The notes below the pieces were generated by a model. It made no database searches and had not been told where the DNA came from. It worked only from the letters and a program-made list of their open reading frames with translations. Below are positions 62,620-64,000 of a DNA stretch of 64,000 bases, piece after piece. Both the position numbers and the translations under genes were made by a program. Source of the stretch: Spirochaetia bacterium (lineage in GTDB: Bacteria > Spirochaetota > Spirochaetia > CADAEX01); the NCBI GenBank assembly GCA_963662795.1, contig OY759746.1, positions 2,144,001-2,208,000 of the forward strand, in the 5' to 3' direction. Position 1 is the stretch's first letter. Each line of letters begins with the position of its first letter.

Positions 62620-64000
62620 ATGACGAGTGTGATTGTTGTTCTCATCAGTGCAGGGATAATAGCTTTAAGCGGTATTCCGGCAGGGCTGGGATCAAGAGGG
62701 TCTGTAACCGGTCAACGATGTACCTTGGCACTTTTTGCAGCCGGCAGTCTGACCGGTATTGCCGGGACAGTATGGGCACTTGCGCAGCCCGGTATTCCTT
62801 CCGTGATCCTTCCCTGGGCCTTGCCCTGGGGGCAGTTTTATGTATCCATAGATAATTTCAGTGCATTTTTTCTCCTGTTGGTTTTTATAATTCCTCTGTT
62901 TGGCGCCATTTATGGTCTTGAATACTGGAAACAAAATGAGCATCAGGAGAACGGCCGCCGCCTGGGTGTTTTTTTCGGACTGCTCACAGCTTCAATGGCA
63001 ATGGTAGTAATTGCCCGGGATTCCCTGCTCTTCATCATGGTGTGGGAAATTATGGCACTTTCGGCATATTTTGCAGCTACAGTAGAGGATGATAAGGCAG
63101 AAGTCCGCCGGGCGGGGTGGATTTATCTTGTGGCTACCCATACAGGAACCATGATTCTCATGGCAATGTTTTTAATATGGTACCGGGTATCAGGAACTTT
63201 TTCCCTTACTGTGACAGATTTAATACCTGCAGAGACCGCCGGACTTATCTTTGTATTATCTGTAGCCGGTTTTGGTTTCAAAGCCGGTCTGATGCCTCTT
63301 CATGTCTGGCTGCCCGGGGCCCACGCAAATGCTCCAAGTCATGTTTCAGCCGTTATGTCCGGTGTAATGCTTAAAATGGGGATATACGGTATTCTCCGGA
63401 TTACATCCCTTTTTACTTTCTGCGAACCATGGTGGGGCACTTTGCTTTTAACTGCAGGGAGCATTACAGCACTCCTGGGGATAACTTTTGCGATCGGTCA
63501 GCGGGATCTGAAACGGATTCTGGCATACAGCAGTATAGAAAATATCGGCATAATCACGATGGGCATCGGCATTGCCATGCTGGGGAAAGCTTTCGGATTA
63601 CCGGCTCTTATACTATTAGGTCTTGGCGGCGCCCTGTTCCATATCTGGAATCACGGAATTTTTAAAACCCTGATGTTTCTTAATTCAGGGGCGATAATCC
63701 ATGCCACAGGAACCAGGGATATTGAGATTCTGGGCGGGCTGGCAAAAAAAATGCCTCACACTGCGCTGCTGTTTGTCATCGGGGCTGCCGCTATCGGAAC
63801 CTTGCTGCCTTTAAACGGTTTTGCCGGGGAATGGCTGATCTACATGGGGATGTTTAACACTCTTTCGTTTACTTCAGTACCCAATTTACCCCTTGCCGGC
63901 ATTTCTGCAGTAATTCTTGCGATGACCGGAGCTCTTGTACTCGCGGTTTTTGTCCGGCTTGCCGGTGTTATCTTTCTGGGTACACCGCGTTCATCAGCAG
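62620..64000 (+). CDS. Second HyfB-like membrane subunit (runs off window)
   Basis: ATG after GAGGA; WEIMALS, KAGLMPLHVWLPGAHANAPSHVSAVMSGVMLK, LKRILAYSSIENIG. Confidence 0.85.
   Translation, partial: MTSVIVVLISAGIIALSGIPAGLGSRGSVTGQRCTLALFAAGSLTGIAGTVWALAQPGIPSVILPWALPWGQFYVSIDNFSAFFLLLVFIIPLFGAIYGLEYWKQNEHQENGRRLGVFFGLLTASMAMVVIARDSLLFIMVWEIMALSAYFAATVEDDKAEVRRAGWIYLVATHTGTMILMAMFLIWYRVSGTFSLTVTDLIPAETAGLIFVLSVAGFGFKAGLMPLHVWLPGAHANAPSHVSAVMSGVMLKMGIYGILRITSLFTFCEPWWGTLLLTAGSITALLGITFAIGQRDLKRILAYSSIENIGIITMGIGIAMLGKAFGLPALILLGLGGALFHIWNHGIFKTLMFLNSGAIIHATGTRDIEILGGLAKKMPHTALLFVIGAAAIGTLLPLNGFAGEWLIYMGMFNTLSFTSVPNLPLAGISAVILAMTGALVLAVFVRLAGVIFLGTPRSSA

Noticed and set aside
49135-63665. 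Antisense or overlapping ORFs in the right-hand region (e.g. 50630..51076, 52019..52438, 58829..59284, 62583..62855, 63117..63374)
   Set aside because: They overlap well-supported genes on the other strand or frame and have no recognisable motifs
1-64000. Integron integrase or other tyrosine recombinase gene
   Set aside because: No ORF with the R-H-R-H-Y pattern; array polarity places intI to the left of the window

Overview
Two very different halves. Positions 1-36.7 kb are an AT-rich integron cassette array, with all cassette genes on the + strand; the integrase intI is not in the window and is expected to the left. I count about 23 long native attC sites (about 150-190 bp) and 6 unrelated foreign-type attC sites. 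Cargo includes 9 toxin-antitoxin pairs, defence-like genes (HNH, ApeA/HEPN-like, and an ncRNA-SLATT-reverse transcriptase module resembling DRT10/UG17), GNATs and small enzymes. The array architecture is the most unusual element. (i) Each native cassette is bounded by its own co-varying 17-22 bp terminal inverted repeat plus two conserved subterminal hairpins. (ii) At least four gene-less native cassettes (plus a fifth truncated one) carry an internal attI-like landing pad (...TATTTAATAT-G|TTATAA...) into which foreign cassettes with their own attC sites have integrated, giving cassettes nested in cassettes; several inner attC sites are decayed or minimal. The array ends in an IS cluster (IS481, IS256 x2, IS5, IS4) around HD-GYP and chemoreceptor genes. 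From about 47 kb there is ordinary, GC-richer chromosome: an IS-split PAS/GGDEF gene, permeases, an ABC exporter, SDR, and HTH-PTS EIIA followed by two HyfB-like subunits. The host may be a spirochaete (weak inference). All family assignments are from motif recognition by eye; no database search was run.
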